DNA of 64,000 nt from Nitrospinales bacterium (GTDB taxonomy: Bacteria; Nitrospinota; Nitrospinia; Nitrospinales; VA-1), in the NCBI GenBank assembly GCA_965223345.1, contig CBDCWG010000012.1:1984001-2048000 (forward strand), given 5' to 3'. Made by a program: the position numbers and the translations under genes. The notes under the pieces are model-generated. The model saw only the letters and a program-made list of their open reading frames with translations, had not been told where the DNA came from and did no database searches. Of this stretch, positions 47,421 to 57,028 are shown in pieces. Each line of letters opens with the position of its first letter. Positions within the stretch are counted from its first letter, which is position 1.

Positions 47421-48956
47421 ATGGATGCGCCGGCACACTCTGCTGAAACGCGGCTGCGTTTTTGCCTGCTGCTGGCGGCGGGGATCAGCGGGGTCAACCT
47501 GATCGGCCTCTGGCTCTGGTTTCATCCGCAGTCGATCTCTCTGGGGGCGACGGGCGGGGTGTGGACGGCGCTGGCGTACGATTTTTCCCAGGGGATTTTT
47601 TACCGCCCGCTGTTCGATGCCAGCGGGTACGGCGGCACCCGCTACCTGTTTTTGTTTTTCGTGCTGCACGGGTTTCTCATCCGCGTTTTCAACGACCCGG
47701 TGCTCACGGGCTTCGCTCTGGTTACCGGCTTTGCCATTACGTTGAACCTCGGGCTCTATTTTCTGCAGCGGGCTCTCGGCATCGAACGCAAAACCGCCGC
47801 GGCTTTTTCCCTGCTGGCGGCGGCGCCCATTTCCTATCAGCTGTTGACCCTGGAAGTGATGGGTGAGTTTCTTTCCAGCTCGCTTGCGGTCTGGGGGCTG
47901 GTTTTCGCCTGGAACGCCATGCAGAGGGGGGGGCGCGGGCTGTGGGTGTTGAGCTGTGTCTGTTTTTCCGGGGCGTTTTTGACCAAATTCAGTGCGGTGG
48001 CGGCTGTGACGGCGTTCGCCCTGTTTTTCATCAAGACCCGGCCGGCGGAAGTGCTGCGCCTTCTGGTGGGAACGGCGGCGTTGATCCTGCTTGGCCTGTG
48101 GACGGCGCAGGCGGCGAGCGAGGGAAGGATGGGCGAGTCGTTCCAGGTGTTTCAGGCGCTGCCGGTGCGCTGGGATTACGCCCTGAAGTTTCCGCTGTGG
48201 TTTGCGATGATCCTGCTGCGCGACCCGTTTTTGCTGGCGCTGTCCGGGTTCGCGCTTTACGGCGTGATCCGCGCCGGAAAGGCCGGGTTTGCCTGCGTTT
48301 ATTTTCTCGTCGTGCTGGCGGTCAGCTGCGTCATCCTGACATCCCCCGGAACCGACTACAACCACCTGCTGGATCTGATCGTTGCCAGCGTTCTGGTTTT
48401 GTCGCTGCGCTTTGCCGATGCGCCGCGCGCCCCGCGGCCCTGGCTGCTGCTCTTGGGGTTTGTGGCGGGCGGGCTGGCGTTCACCTGGATTCCCGGCACG
48501 ATTTCCGTCAAACAGGTGGTGGAAGGGCGGGGCAATCCGCCGCGCGCCGTGCTCATGCAGGCGATCGAGGAGCACGGGCTCAAGCGCGCGCCGGTGCTGA
48601 GCGAAAACCCCCTGATCCCGATTCTGATGGACCGGCGTCCGCGCGTGATGGACCCGTTTTCCGTGCGGCTGCTGGCCGAGGCGATGCCGGAGGTGCGCGC
48701 CGATTTCAGCGAAAAAATCCGCAATCGTTTTTACGGCGCCATCGTCCTGCAGGATTTTTCCGGAGCGCCCGACGATCAGATGGAACAGGCTTTGGAAAAC
48801 CACACCTCACCGGGCGCTGCGAGCTTTTACGGCGAGGTGCATTTCCCGCACGGTTTCCTGCCGCTATTAAAGGAAAACTACTACCTGGGGGCTGTTCTCA
48901 AGCCGCATTTGTTCTTCTTTCCGAGAGACAGACAGGAAAAATCCGGATCTCCGTGA
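47421..48956 (+). CDS. Polytopic membrane protein, probable GT-C (ArnT/PMT-like) glycosyltransferase
   Basis: YRPL...YGGTRY loop, LTKFS, GTDYNHLLD, about 11 TM, soluble C-terminal domain. Confidence 0.6.
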   Translation: MDAPAHSAETRLRFCLLLAAGISGVNLIGLWLWFHPQSISLGATGGVWTALAYDFSQGIFYRPLFDASGYGGTRYLFLFFVLHGFLIRVFNDPVLTGFALVTGFAITLNLGLYFLQRALGIERKTAAAFSLLAAAPISYQLLTLEVMGEFLSSSLAVWGLVFAWNAMQRGGRGLWVLSCVCFSGAFLTKFSAVAAVTAFALFFIKTRPAEVLRLLVGTAALILLGLWTAQAASEGRMGESFQVFQALPVRWDYALKFPLWFAMILLRDPFLLALSGFALYGVIRAGKAGFACVYFLVVLAVSCVILTSPGTDYNHLLDLIVASVLVLSLRFADAPRAPRPWLLLLGFVAGGLAFTWIPGTISVKQVVEGRGNPPRAVLMQAIEEHGLKRAPVLSENPLIPILMDRRPRVMDPFSVRLLAEAMPEVRADFSEKIRNRFYGAIVLQDFSGAPDDQMEQALENHTSPGAASFYGEVHFPHGFLPLLKENYYLGAVLKPHLFFFPRDRQEKSGSP

Positions 48957-48969
48957 TGCGGGCCGCGAT

Positions 48970-50247
48970 TCAGGAAACCTTTTCCACCTCGCGTTCGATT
49001 TCCCGGCCGGCGGGATCCCAGCGCAGGGCGGGGTCTTTTTTGCCGGCTTTCATCAGGGTGATCTTTTTGCGCAGACCCAGGTAGAAGTCGAGGGTGGCGT
49101 CGTAGGCGGTGTACCAGGCGTCGGCGATGCGGGCGAACCAGGTGAACGAGTTCTCTTTCACGGTTTTCCAGACCATGAAGTAGGTCAGCAGGAACAGCGC
49201 CACATTGGGCATCCACATGGCCAGGCTGGGGTTCACCAGGTTGTGCTTGCCCACGTTCTGCGAGAAGATCATGCCGATGTAGTACACTCCGAGCACCAGG
49301 GCGCTGACGATGATCCCGCCGGAGCGCCCGGAACGGCTGGATTTGATTCCCAGCGTCGCGCCGGCCAGCCCGAACAGCAGGCAGGAGAAGGGGATGGCAA
49401 ACTTTTTGCTCACCTGCACTTCCTCGCGGGCGGTGTTTTGCCCCTGCGCTCTTTTCTGCTGGATGATTTCCTTCAGTTCGCTGTAGGAGATGTCGCGGTT
49501 TCGTTCCACCAGCTTGCTCAGCAGGTTCTGGTTGTCGGGCAGCTTCAACAGCCTCTCGTAGCGGTCGAAATTGAGGATGTTGTAGTTGCGGCCTTCCTTG
49601 GTGAGATCGTGGATGGTTCCGTTTTGAAACTGCAGGGTGATCTGGTAGGTTTTCGGGTCGGACACGATGACCCCCTGCTGCGCCAGGATGATCTTGTTGG
49701 CGCCTTTCTCGGATTGATCGGCCACGAAAATATCCTTGAGCAGGGTTTCCCCCTCTTTGCTCTGCGCGTACAGGACCAGGTCCTTGAAGTCGTTGTTGAA
49801 GATCGTGGGCTGGATGTTGATGTAGGCGCGGTTTTTCACGATGTCGTAAAGCGTCTTTTTGAACTCCTGGTTGCCCCAGGGAATGGCGTAAAACACCACC
49901 AGATTGGTCAGCAGGTACGCGGTGAGGGAGAACGCCATGATCGGTTTGGCGAGGAAGATAAAGCTCCAGCCGCTGGTTTTCATGGCGACGAATTCGTTGT
50001 CGCCCGAGAACTGATTGAAGGTGGTGACGGTGGCGATCAGCAGGCTCAACGGAATGCTGAGGAGCAGGAAAATCGGCGAGGTGTAGATCATCAGCCTGAG
50101 TCCCTCCACGAACGTGACGCCGCGGTTTGCGATCATCTCGGTCATGTACAGGGTCTGTTCGAGCAGCAGGATCAGCGTGAGAAACGAAACGCTGATGGCG
50201 AAGATCTTGAGGATCTCGAAAAAAATATATTTATGAATGATTTTCAT
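48970..50247 (-). CDS. lptF: LptF/LptG-family ABC transporter permease (LptF-like)
   Basis: IHKYIFFEI, DNEFVAMKTSGWS, KKFAIPFSCL, AMWMPNV. Confidence 0.85.
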   Translation of the reverse strand: MKIIHKYIFFEILKIFAISVSFLTLILLLEQTLYMTEMIANRGVTFVEGLRLMIYTSPIFLLLSIPLSLLIATVTTFNQFSGDNEFVAMKTSGWSFIFLAKPIMAFSLTAYLLTNLVVFYAIPWGNQEFKKTLYDIVKNRAYINIQPTIFNNDFKDLVLYAQSKEGETLLKDIFVADQSEKGANKIILAQQGVIVSDPKTYQITLQFQNGTIHDLTKEGRNYNILNFDRYERLLKLPDNQNLLSKLVERNRDISYSELKEIIQQKRAQGQNTAREEVQVSKKFAIPFSCLLFGLAGATLGIKSSRSGRSGGIIVSALVLGVYYIGMIFSQNVGKHNLVNPSLAMWMPNVALFLLTYFMVWKTVKENSFTWFARIADAWYTAYDATLDFYLGLRKKITLMKAGKKDPALRWDPAGREIEREVEKVS

Positions 50248-50825
50248 GCAGTGCGATCAGCAATGCCGCGAGCCCGGGCGAAAAAGAAAGCGGCGGATTC
50301 ACGGCTTTGTGCGATGGATCTGATTCCTCAAGACGCCGGCGTCCGGGGTGCGTCGGCCACGATTCCGGACAGAGCGCCGGCCGGGTTGCGGGACATTCGC
50401 ATCGAGGGGGTCCCGTCGCCAGCCCGGCGGCGAACGGCTTGCAATTCAATGTTATTTTACTCCATTCGGCGGTAAAAAATGAACGGGATTCGTGTGCGGG
50501 CCGGAGAAATCGCGGATTTTTTGCCGTTGTCTTTGAATAAAGGTGAATCCGCTGCCCGCTGTTTTTCCGTTTCCGGCTGTGAACGGCAAGGACGGCCGCG
50601 CTTTGGTTTCACGGTGTGCTTTGCTGTGCTGAAATCTTCTTTCCGACAACGGATTTTTTGAGTATGCTTTGCGCAATGATGCCGGAGGAGAACGGATCGT
50701 TTTCTGAATTATTGAGGATGGGTTCCTGTCCCGCCTGAATTCAGGCAACTGACTTTCGCTTTTCCAAATCCGCTTGAGCGTGGTCGAACGCTCGTACTGA
50801 ACCGTCACCCATGAGAGGAGTCAAC

Positions 50826-51650
50826 ATGCTTGAATCAATGGACATCGGCAAACTGTTTTCCACTTACGTCATTCCCTGGGCGATCAATATTGCGCTGGCC
50901 CTGGTCGTCTTTTTCGTGGGGCGATGGATCGCCAAAGGGGTGGTGGCGATGGTGGAAAAGCTGCTGCAGCGCGCGAAACTGGACCCGATCCTGATCAATT
51001 TTCTGCGTTCGATTCTGAATACCCTGCTGCTGCTTGTCGTCATCATCGCCGCGCTCGACCAGCTCGGGGTGGACACGACTTCGTTGATCGCGATTCTGGG
51101 TGCGGCGGGTCTGGCGATCGGCCTGGCCTTGCAGAACTCGCTGCAGAATTTCTCATCGGGGGTCATGCTGATCGTGTTCCGGCCGTTCAAGGCGGGGGAC
51201 TACATCGAGGCGGGCGGCACCGCGGGCACGGTGGAGAACATCACCATCTTCAACACCATCCTTAAAACCCCCGACAACTGTGAGGTGATCGTGCCCAACG
51301 GCGCCATTTACAGCGACAACATCAAGAATTACTCCGCCAAGAGCACGCGCCGCGTCGATATGGTGTTCGGCATCGGCTACGGGGACGACATCCGCGAGGC
51401 GCGGGATATCATCCAGTCGGTGCTGGAGTCGGACGACCGGATTCTCGCGGAGCCGGAGCCTTTGATCGCCGTGGGCGAACTGGCGGACAGCAGCGTCAAC
51501 TTCAACGTGCGTCCGTGGGTGGAGACCGGCGATTACTGGGGCGTGAAGTTCGATGTGACCGAAAAAATCAAAATGGCTTTCGACGAAAGCGGCATCTCCA
51601 TTCCGTTCCCGCAGCGGGATGTGCATCTGGTCAAAGAGGAAGAGGACTGA
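50826..51650 (+). CDS. mscS: Small-conductance mechanosensitive channel
   Basis: GAAGLAIGLALQ, FRPFKAGDYIE, IVPNG, RRVD, LADSSVNF, IPFPQRDVH. Confidence 0.92.
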   Translation: MLESMDIGKLFSTYVIPWAINIALALVVFFVGRWIAKGVVAMVEKLLQRAKLDPILINFLRSILNTLLLLVVIIAALDQLGVDTTSLIAILGAAGLAIGLALQNSLQNFSSGVMLIVFRPFKAGDYIEAGGTAGTVENITIFNTILKTPDNCEVIVPNGAIYSDNIKNYSAKSTRRVDMVFGIGYGDDIREARDIIQSVLESDDRILAEPEPLIAVGELADSSVNFNVRPWVETGDYWGVKFDVTEKIKMAFDESGISIPFPQRDVHLVKEEED

Positions 51651-51675
51651 GCGTCCCCGCACCTCCTGTTTTTTT

Positions 51676-51707
51676 CAGGCGACCGCTCCCGCAGGCGACC
51701 GCTCCCG
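51676..51707. repeat. 16-bp perfect tandem duplication
   Basis: CAGGCGACCGCTCCCG twice in tandem downstream of mscS. Confidence 0.8.
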
Positions 51708-51946
51708 GAATGGACCTCCAGGCAGGCCATTCCGGGGGCTTTTCCCCGCTGTTTGAGTCGAAAGGCCTGAATTCCCATCCTCATTGCAGGCTTTCGGCCT
51801 GTGTCTGTGAATATGTGGTCAACAAATCACAAACGGTTATAAAAAAGCAGACTGCCCGGCAACCCGGCCGAACACCGCTCCCGCCGTTCACTTCCTAATC
51901 TCCCCGAATACAGGCTTTAATCCGGAGCAAAAAATACCCTTGGCAT

Positions 51947-51962
51947 TGGCAAGGTATTTGCT
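51947..51962 (+). promoter_or_regulatory. Putative sigma54 (-24/-12) promoter
   Basis: TGGCAAGGTATTTGCT fits TGGCA-N6-TTGCW with GG-N10-GC spacing, about 115 bp upstream of the 52076 start. Confidence 0.6.
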
Positions 51963-52075
51963 TTCTTAGGCTGTCTGATGGGGATCGGATCACCACCCGC
52001 TCAAGTTCTTTGTTTCTTTACAGTTGTGGTCCCGTAACGACTCACCCTTTGAACTGAAAAGGGAAGGAGGATGCT

Positions 52076-53569
52076 GTGACAGCCAACGATTCTTGGGTGA
52101 TCATTTCCGGACAGCCCGCACTCTCGATGGGGATTTGGGTTTTCCTGGTCATGATGGCTTTGTACATGGGCCGGAACATCGTTCATTCGGCGATTTCCGT
52201 GGTGCTCCGCATCGTTTATTCCAGCTTTCGTTTTGCGGCTCGTTCGCTGACCCTGACCGAGAAAAAACTGCAGGCACGCAACAAGGAAGTGCTGATGGAA
52301 CTGGGCCGCGAACAGGTGGAACGGCAACTGGAACGGGAATTCTTCCGTGTCAACGCGGTCGTGGAGAAGGATCTGGGCGGCTATCCCAAGCTGCAGCGGG
52401 TGATTTCCGACCAGATCACGCGCATCGAGGAAGATTACAAGCAGAGCGGTCAGGTGGCCCCGCCGCCGCCGGACTGGGTGCAGGCGGTGGAAGCGGTGGC
52501 CAAGCTGCATCTGGACGCGAAGGGCAACGGGGTCGCGGTGAAAGTGCTCAAGAGCATCCACGAGGCGTCCGTCGAGCAGCAGAAGGAAGCGCTGGAAGAG
52601 TACCGCAAGACCATGAGCGAGCGCCACACGCTGTTGCATGCGATGCTGCCTTACTGGCGCAAGCTGACCAACACGATCGACGAGGTGGGCAACACGATGC
52701 AGGGGCTGGCGGAACGCGCCAAGGACATCGACGACAAAATGACCCGCTATGAAGAAATCCGCGCCGGCACCGATAAAGCCGAACGCACGCTGCGCGCTTC
52801 GTCGATCACGCAGTTTTTCGTTTCGCTGTTCGTGGTGGCGATCGCCGTCGGCGGCGCGATCATCAACTTCAACCTCATCGCGCTGCCCATGTCCGAGATG
52901 GTCGGCGCGGCGAGCCGCATCGGCGCTTACAAGATCTCCGACATCGCCGCGCTGGTGATCATCTTTGTCGAGATCTCGATGGGGCTCTACCTCATGGAAG
53001 CGCTGCGCTTCACGAAACTGTTTCCGATCATCGGCGCGATGAACGACCGCATGCGCCGCCGCATGATCTGGGTGACCTTCAGCATCCTGTTCACGCTGGC
53101 GTGCATGGAATCGTCGCTGGCGTTCATGCGCGATCAGATCGCCGCCGATCTCAGCGCCCTGCGCCTGTCCCTGACGCAGGCCAACGGGGCGGCCATGCAG
53201 GCCGAATCCGCCGTCAACTCCTGGATCCCGATGGTGGGGCAGATGATCATGGGATTCGTGCTGCCGTTTGCGCTGACCTTCGTGGCGATTCCGCTGGAAT
53301 CGCTGGTGCACGGCGCGCGCACGCTGTTCGGCGACCTGCTGGTGCTGCTGGTGCGCTCGCTGGCCTTCGTGCTGCGCCTGATCGGCAACATCGTCCGGCA
53401 TCTGGAGATGTTCGTCACAAGGGTGTACGACATGTTCATCTTCGTGCCGCTGTGGGTGGAAGGGCTGATCCGCGAGCGGGCGTGGAAAAAACAACTCTCT
53501 GAAAGCAACGGACCGCAACCGGCGGTTGCGGTGCCCAAGACGGCCTGGGCCGAGGAGGTGGCGCAATGA
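52076..53569 (+). CDS. Hypothetical membrane protein with a long coiled coil
   Basis: GGAAGGAGG RBS before GTG; N-terminal TM, coiled-coil region, several C-terminal TMs. Confidence 0.8.
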   Translation: MTANDSWVIISGQPALSMGIWVFLVMMALYMGRNIVHSAISVVLRIVYSSFRFAARSLTLTEKKLQARNKEVLMELGREQVERQLEREFFRVNAVVEKDLGGYPKLQRVISDQITRIEEDYKQSGQVAPPPPDWVQAVEAVAKLHLDAKGNGVAVKVLKSIHEASVEQQKEALEEYRKTMSERHTLLHAMLPYWRKLTNTIDEVGNTMQGLAERAKDIDDKMTRYEEIRAGTDKAERTLRASSITQFFVSLFVVAIAVGGAIINFNLIALPMSEMVGAASRIGAYKISDIAALVIIFVEISMGLYLMEALRFTKLFPIIGAMNDRMRRRMIWVTFSILFTLACMESSLAFMRDQIAADLSALRLSLTQANGAAMQAESAVNSWIPMVGQMIMGFVLPFALTFVAIPLESLVHGARTLFGDLLVLLVRSLAFVLRLIGNIVRHLEMFVTRVYDMFIFVPLWVEGLIRERAWKKQLSESNGPQPAVAVPKTAWAEEVAQ

Positions 53570-54207
53570 AAAAATGGGCCTGGATCTTGATGACCGTTTC
53601 GCTGATGGCCTGCACGGACAGCGTTTCCAATTCGAAAGGGGTCTACCTGCTGCTGGACACTTCGGGAACTTACACGAACGAGCTGAACAAAGCCCAGCAG
53701 ATCATCAATTATCTTCTGGGGACGCTCGATCCGGGCGATTCCTTTGTGGTGGCCCGCATCGACAGCGGCAGCTTCAGCGAAAAAGACATCATCGCCAAAG
53801 CCACGTTCGATTCCCGGCCTTCGGTGGCGAACACGCAGAAGCGGGCGTTCGCCAACGACATCGGCCAATTTGTCAAAACCATCAAAGCCAGCTCCTACAC
53901 CGACATTTCCGGCGGTCTGTTGCAGGCGGTGGAGTACATGAACGAGGCGGGGGTGGGCAAGAAGTACGCCTTCATTTTCTCCGATCTCAAGGAAGAGCTG
54001 CCGGAAGGGTTCAAGCGCGATTTTGAGCTGACGCTGGACGGGTTTTCGGTCGTTGCGCTCAACGTCACCAAACTGCGCAGCGACAACGTCAATCCGCAGG
54101 AATACCTGGACCGGCTGGAGGACTGGAAGCAGAAGGTGGAGCGGGGCGGCGGCCAGTGGCGGGTGATCAACGATCTGGACCGCGAGGACCTGTTGACCGA
54201 AAGCTGA
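53566..54207 (+). CDS. VWA-domain lipoprotein
   Basis: Lipobox SLMAC; MIDAS-like LLLDTSGTY, YTDI, IFSDL; ATGA-coupled to the upstream gene. Confidence 0.8.
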   Translation: MKKWAWILMTVSLMACTDSVSNSKGVYLLLDTSGTYTNELNKAQQIINYLLGTLDPGDSFVVARIDSGSFSEKDIIAKATFDSRPSVANTQKRAFANDIGQFVKTIKASSYTDISGGLLQAVEYMNEAGVGKKYAFIFSDLKEELPEGFKRDFELTLDGFSVVALNVTKLRSDNVNPQEYLDRLEDWKQKVERGGGQWRVINDLDREDLLTES

Positions 54208-54268
54208 CGGCATTGCCGGATTCAATCTGATGTAGAACGATAACTCTTTTTAGAAAGCGAGACACGGT

Positions 54269-54646
54269 ATGGCACGGAGCAAGGCGGAACTGCGTGAACT
54301 GGAATCGACGAAATACAATCTGATGGGCGCGCACCTCATTCGCGCAAACCTCGACGGCGGCAATTTTTCCAAGGCCAACTTCAAAAACGCCCATATGATG
54401 GGGGCCTCGCTGCAGAGGACCAATCTCATCCGGGCGAACCTCACCGGTGCGGACCTGACGCACGCGAAGTTGACGGGCGCCCAGCTTTCCGAAGCCAATC
54501 TCAAGGGAGCGGACCTCAACGACACCGAACTCACCGGCGCTCTGCTGATGGGGGCGGATCTCAGCCAGGTGCGCAACCTCACCAAGCGGCAGGTCGAGTC
54601 CGCACGGGTGGACAAGAAAACCCGGCTGCCGTCCAGCCTGAAGTAG
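54269..54646 (+). CDS. Pentapeptide repeat protein
   Basis: A(N/D)Lxx repeats (ANLDG...ANLTG ADLTH AKLTG AQLSE ANLKG ADLND). Confidence 0.9.
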   Translation: MARSKAELRELESTKYNLMGAHLIRANLDGGNFSKANFKNAHMMGASLQRTNLIRANLTGADLTHAKLTGAQLSEANLKGADLNDTELTGALLMGADLSQVRNLTKRQVESARVDKKTRLPSSLK

Positions 54647-54830
54647 GCCAGAGCGTTATCAGGCCGATCCTTTCCTAACCCCGCCTGAACTGTTTTTTTA
54701 ATCCCTCACGTCCGAACCACGCCCGCTTCGGCGGGCGATGTGGTATCATCTCCTATTTTGGTTGCCGTCCTGATTCAACCCTTTTCCGGCATGCGGGCCG
54801 TGGCTCCCGCCGGTTGCTTCCTCATAATCC

Positions 54831-56054
54831 ATGTTGAATTCCATTAGAGAGTTTCTGCGTCTGGAGTCCGCCAGCGGCCTGCTGCTGATACTGGCCGCGT
54901 GTCTTGCCATGCTGGCGGAAAATTCGCCGCTGGATGCCCTGTATGATTCCCTGCTGGGCACGCCGGTGGAAATCCGCATCGGGGCGTTTCAAATCGACAA
55001 ACCATTGCTGCTCTGGATCAACGACGGCCTGATGGCGGTGTTCTTTTTTCTCATCGGGCTGGAGGTGAAGCGGGAAGTGCTGCAGGGAGAGCTCTCGAGT
55101 CCGGCGCGGGTGGCGCTTCCGGCCATCGCTGCGGTGGGCGGCATGTCTGTGCCGGCGGTGATCTACGCTTCGTTGAATTGGCACGACCCCATCGCGATCG
55201 ACGGATGGGCCATTCCCTCGGCGACCGACATCGCTTTCGCGCTGGGCATCCTTTCGCTGCTCGGGCGCAGGGTTCCCAATTCCCTGAAGATTTTTCTGCT
55301 CACCCTCGCTATTTTCGACGATCTCGGGGCCATCGTCATCATCGCGCTGTTTTACACGGAAGGGTTGTCGATGGGGTCCTTGATGGCGGCGGTGGTGTTT
55401 CTGGGGTTTCTGTACTTCCTCAACCGCAGGGGCGTGCTCTCGATCGTGCCTTACGTCGTCGTGGGGGTGATGTTCTGGGCGGCGGTGCTCAAATCCGGCG
55501 TGCACGCGACGCTGGCGGGAGTTCTCCTGGCCTTTTTCATCCCCCTGCGGGTGCCTTCGAGTGCGGGAAAACCACCGCTGCTGCAAATCGAACACGATCT
55601 GCATCCCACCGTTTCCTATTTCATTCTTCCCGTGTTTGCGTTCGCCAACACCGGGGTGTCGCTCGATGGTTTTTCTCTGGACTCTCTCCTGCATCCGGTG
55701 CCATTGGGGATCGCGCTCGGGCTGTTTTTCGGCAATCAGATCGGTGTGTTCGGTTTCAGCTGGCTGGCGATCAAGCTGGGCTGGTGCCGGCTTCCCAAGC
55801 GCGTGGGGTGGCTGGAGCTGTACGGCACGTCCATATTGTGCGGCATCGGTTTCACCATGAGCCTGTTCATCAGCTCTCTGGCATTCCATGACGGGGTGAT
55901 CGAAGGGGCGGCGAACGACCGGCTGGGAATTCTGGCCGGCACCCTGCTTTCGGCGACCGTCGGGTATTGTGTTTTACGCTATGCGCTGCATCGCAAGAAG
56001 AAGAAAGTGAGAAAGCTGGGATTGCGGCAACCTTCGGACGGTAAAATGATTTAG
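54831..56054 (+). CDS. nhaA: Na+/H+ antiporter NhaA
   Basis: [62 protein letters not shown]. Confidence 0.95.
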   Translation: MLNSIREFLRLESASGLLLILAACLAMLAENSPLDALYDSLLGTPVEIRIGAFQIDKPLLLWINDGLMAVFFFLIGLEVKREVLQGELSSPARVALPAIAAVGGMSVPAVIYASLNWHDPIAIDGWAIPSATDIAFALGILSLLGRRVPNSLKIFLLTLAIFDDLGAIVIIALFYTEGLSMGSLMAAVVFLGFLYFLNRRGVLSIVPYVVVGVMFWAAVLKSGVHATLAGVLLAFFIPLRVPSSAGKPPLLQIEHDLHPTVSYFILPVFAFANTGVSLDGFSLDSLLHPVPLGIALGLFFGNQIGVFGFSWLAIKLGWCRLPKRVGWLELYGTSILCGIGFTMSLFISSLAFHDGVIEGAANDRLGILAGTLLSATVGYCVLRYALHRKKKKVRKLGLRQPSDGKMI

Positions 56055-56174
56055 CTTTCAATTCTTTGTTTTTGCTTTTAAAAACCTGCCCACCGGGTTC
56101 AAAAAAGATTGCTCCGTCCCCGCTGTCGGCATATAGTGTGAGTATCGCTGAACTCACTAACGGGAGTCGAGACA

Positions 56175-56657
56175 ATGCATTGGAAGAAATGGCTGCTGGC
56201 TGCGACGATCGTGAGCGTTTGCGCTTTCGCTCCGCAACGCGCACAGGCTTTGGAACCGGTGGGATTGAAGCATTCTTTGCTCAGCAAGGCGGTTCTGAAT
56301 GGGGGCATCCGCGGCGGATTCGGTTTCCGTTCCCGGGGGTTCGGGTTCTCGTTCCGCCTGGGACGCGGTCTCAAAAGCCACGGTTTTCTGCACGGGCGGC
56401 GCGGCGTGTTCCTGGTGCATCCCCGGCAGTGGGGGGTGTTCGACGGACGGCGCTTTTTTTCGGTGAAACGCCGGCTTTTCGGGCACGACTGGGGCCGGCG
56501 GCATGGCATGGCCGTGCACCGCGGCGCGGCTTATGGCAGTGGCGCTGTCGGCCCGCAGACGCGGGCTCAGGTCTGGTCGAACGAAGACCTCGGCGCTCCG
56601 GGCTGGGAGGAGGATCTGGGGCCTTCCGGCTGGCGCGAAGACCTGGGGATTTATTGA
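56175..56657 (+). CDS. Secreted Gly/Arg/Phe-rich low-complexity protein with C-terminal EDLG repeats
   Basis: GGGAG RBS; signal peptide ending AQA; GFGFR-rich core; EDLGAPGW-EEDLGPSGW-REDLGIY. Confidence 0.65.
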   Translation: MHWKKWLLAATIVSVCAFAPQRAQALEPVGLKHSLLSKAVLNGGIRGGFGFRSRGFGFSFRLGRGLKSHGFLHGRRGVFLVHPRQWGVFDGRRFFSVKRRLFGHDWGRRHGMAVHRGAAYGSGAVGPQTRAQVWSNEDLGAPGWEEDLGPSGWREDLGIY

Positions 56658-57028
56658 GTTCAAACCCTGCCATAACGCGATCGATTCTGACCGCAAACGA
56701 GGCAGTCGTCGCGTTGCGGTCCGCTGTGTGAAAGCGCACGCCTTGCGTCAATGGATTTGGAGTTGCTTTTCGAGTCCGGGAGATTTGGTGCGCGCCGCTT
56801 TCCTTCTCTGAAAAAAATTTTCCTCTTTTTCGATTCACCTTCCCTTTGTTTTTTACACCGTTAAATGGACACCGGCCGATTCCGGCCAGGGCCCGGATAG
56901 ATGTCTTTTGACCTTCCCGCTTTTTTTGATACATTGGCTTTAAGTTGAAATTCGCAACAAATAGCGTGAACTTCCGCTCTTATTAAGGGGTGCGGGGTGC
57001 GCTGTTTTCGTTTTACGGGGACGTTCCA

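Noticed and set aside
50248..50810. Long lptF-mscS intergenic region and its short ORFs
   Set aside because: No convincing RBS, protein features or recognisable RNA family.
54720..54738. GC hairpin CGCCCGC-TTCG-GCGGGCG as a terminator or ncRNA
   Set aside because: No U-tract and too short to assign.
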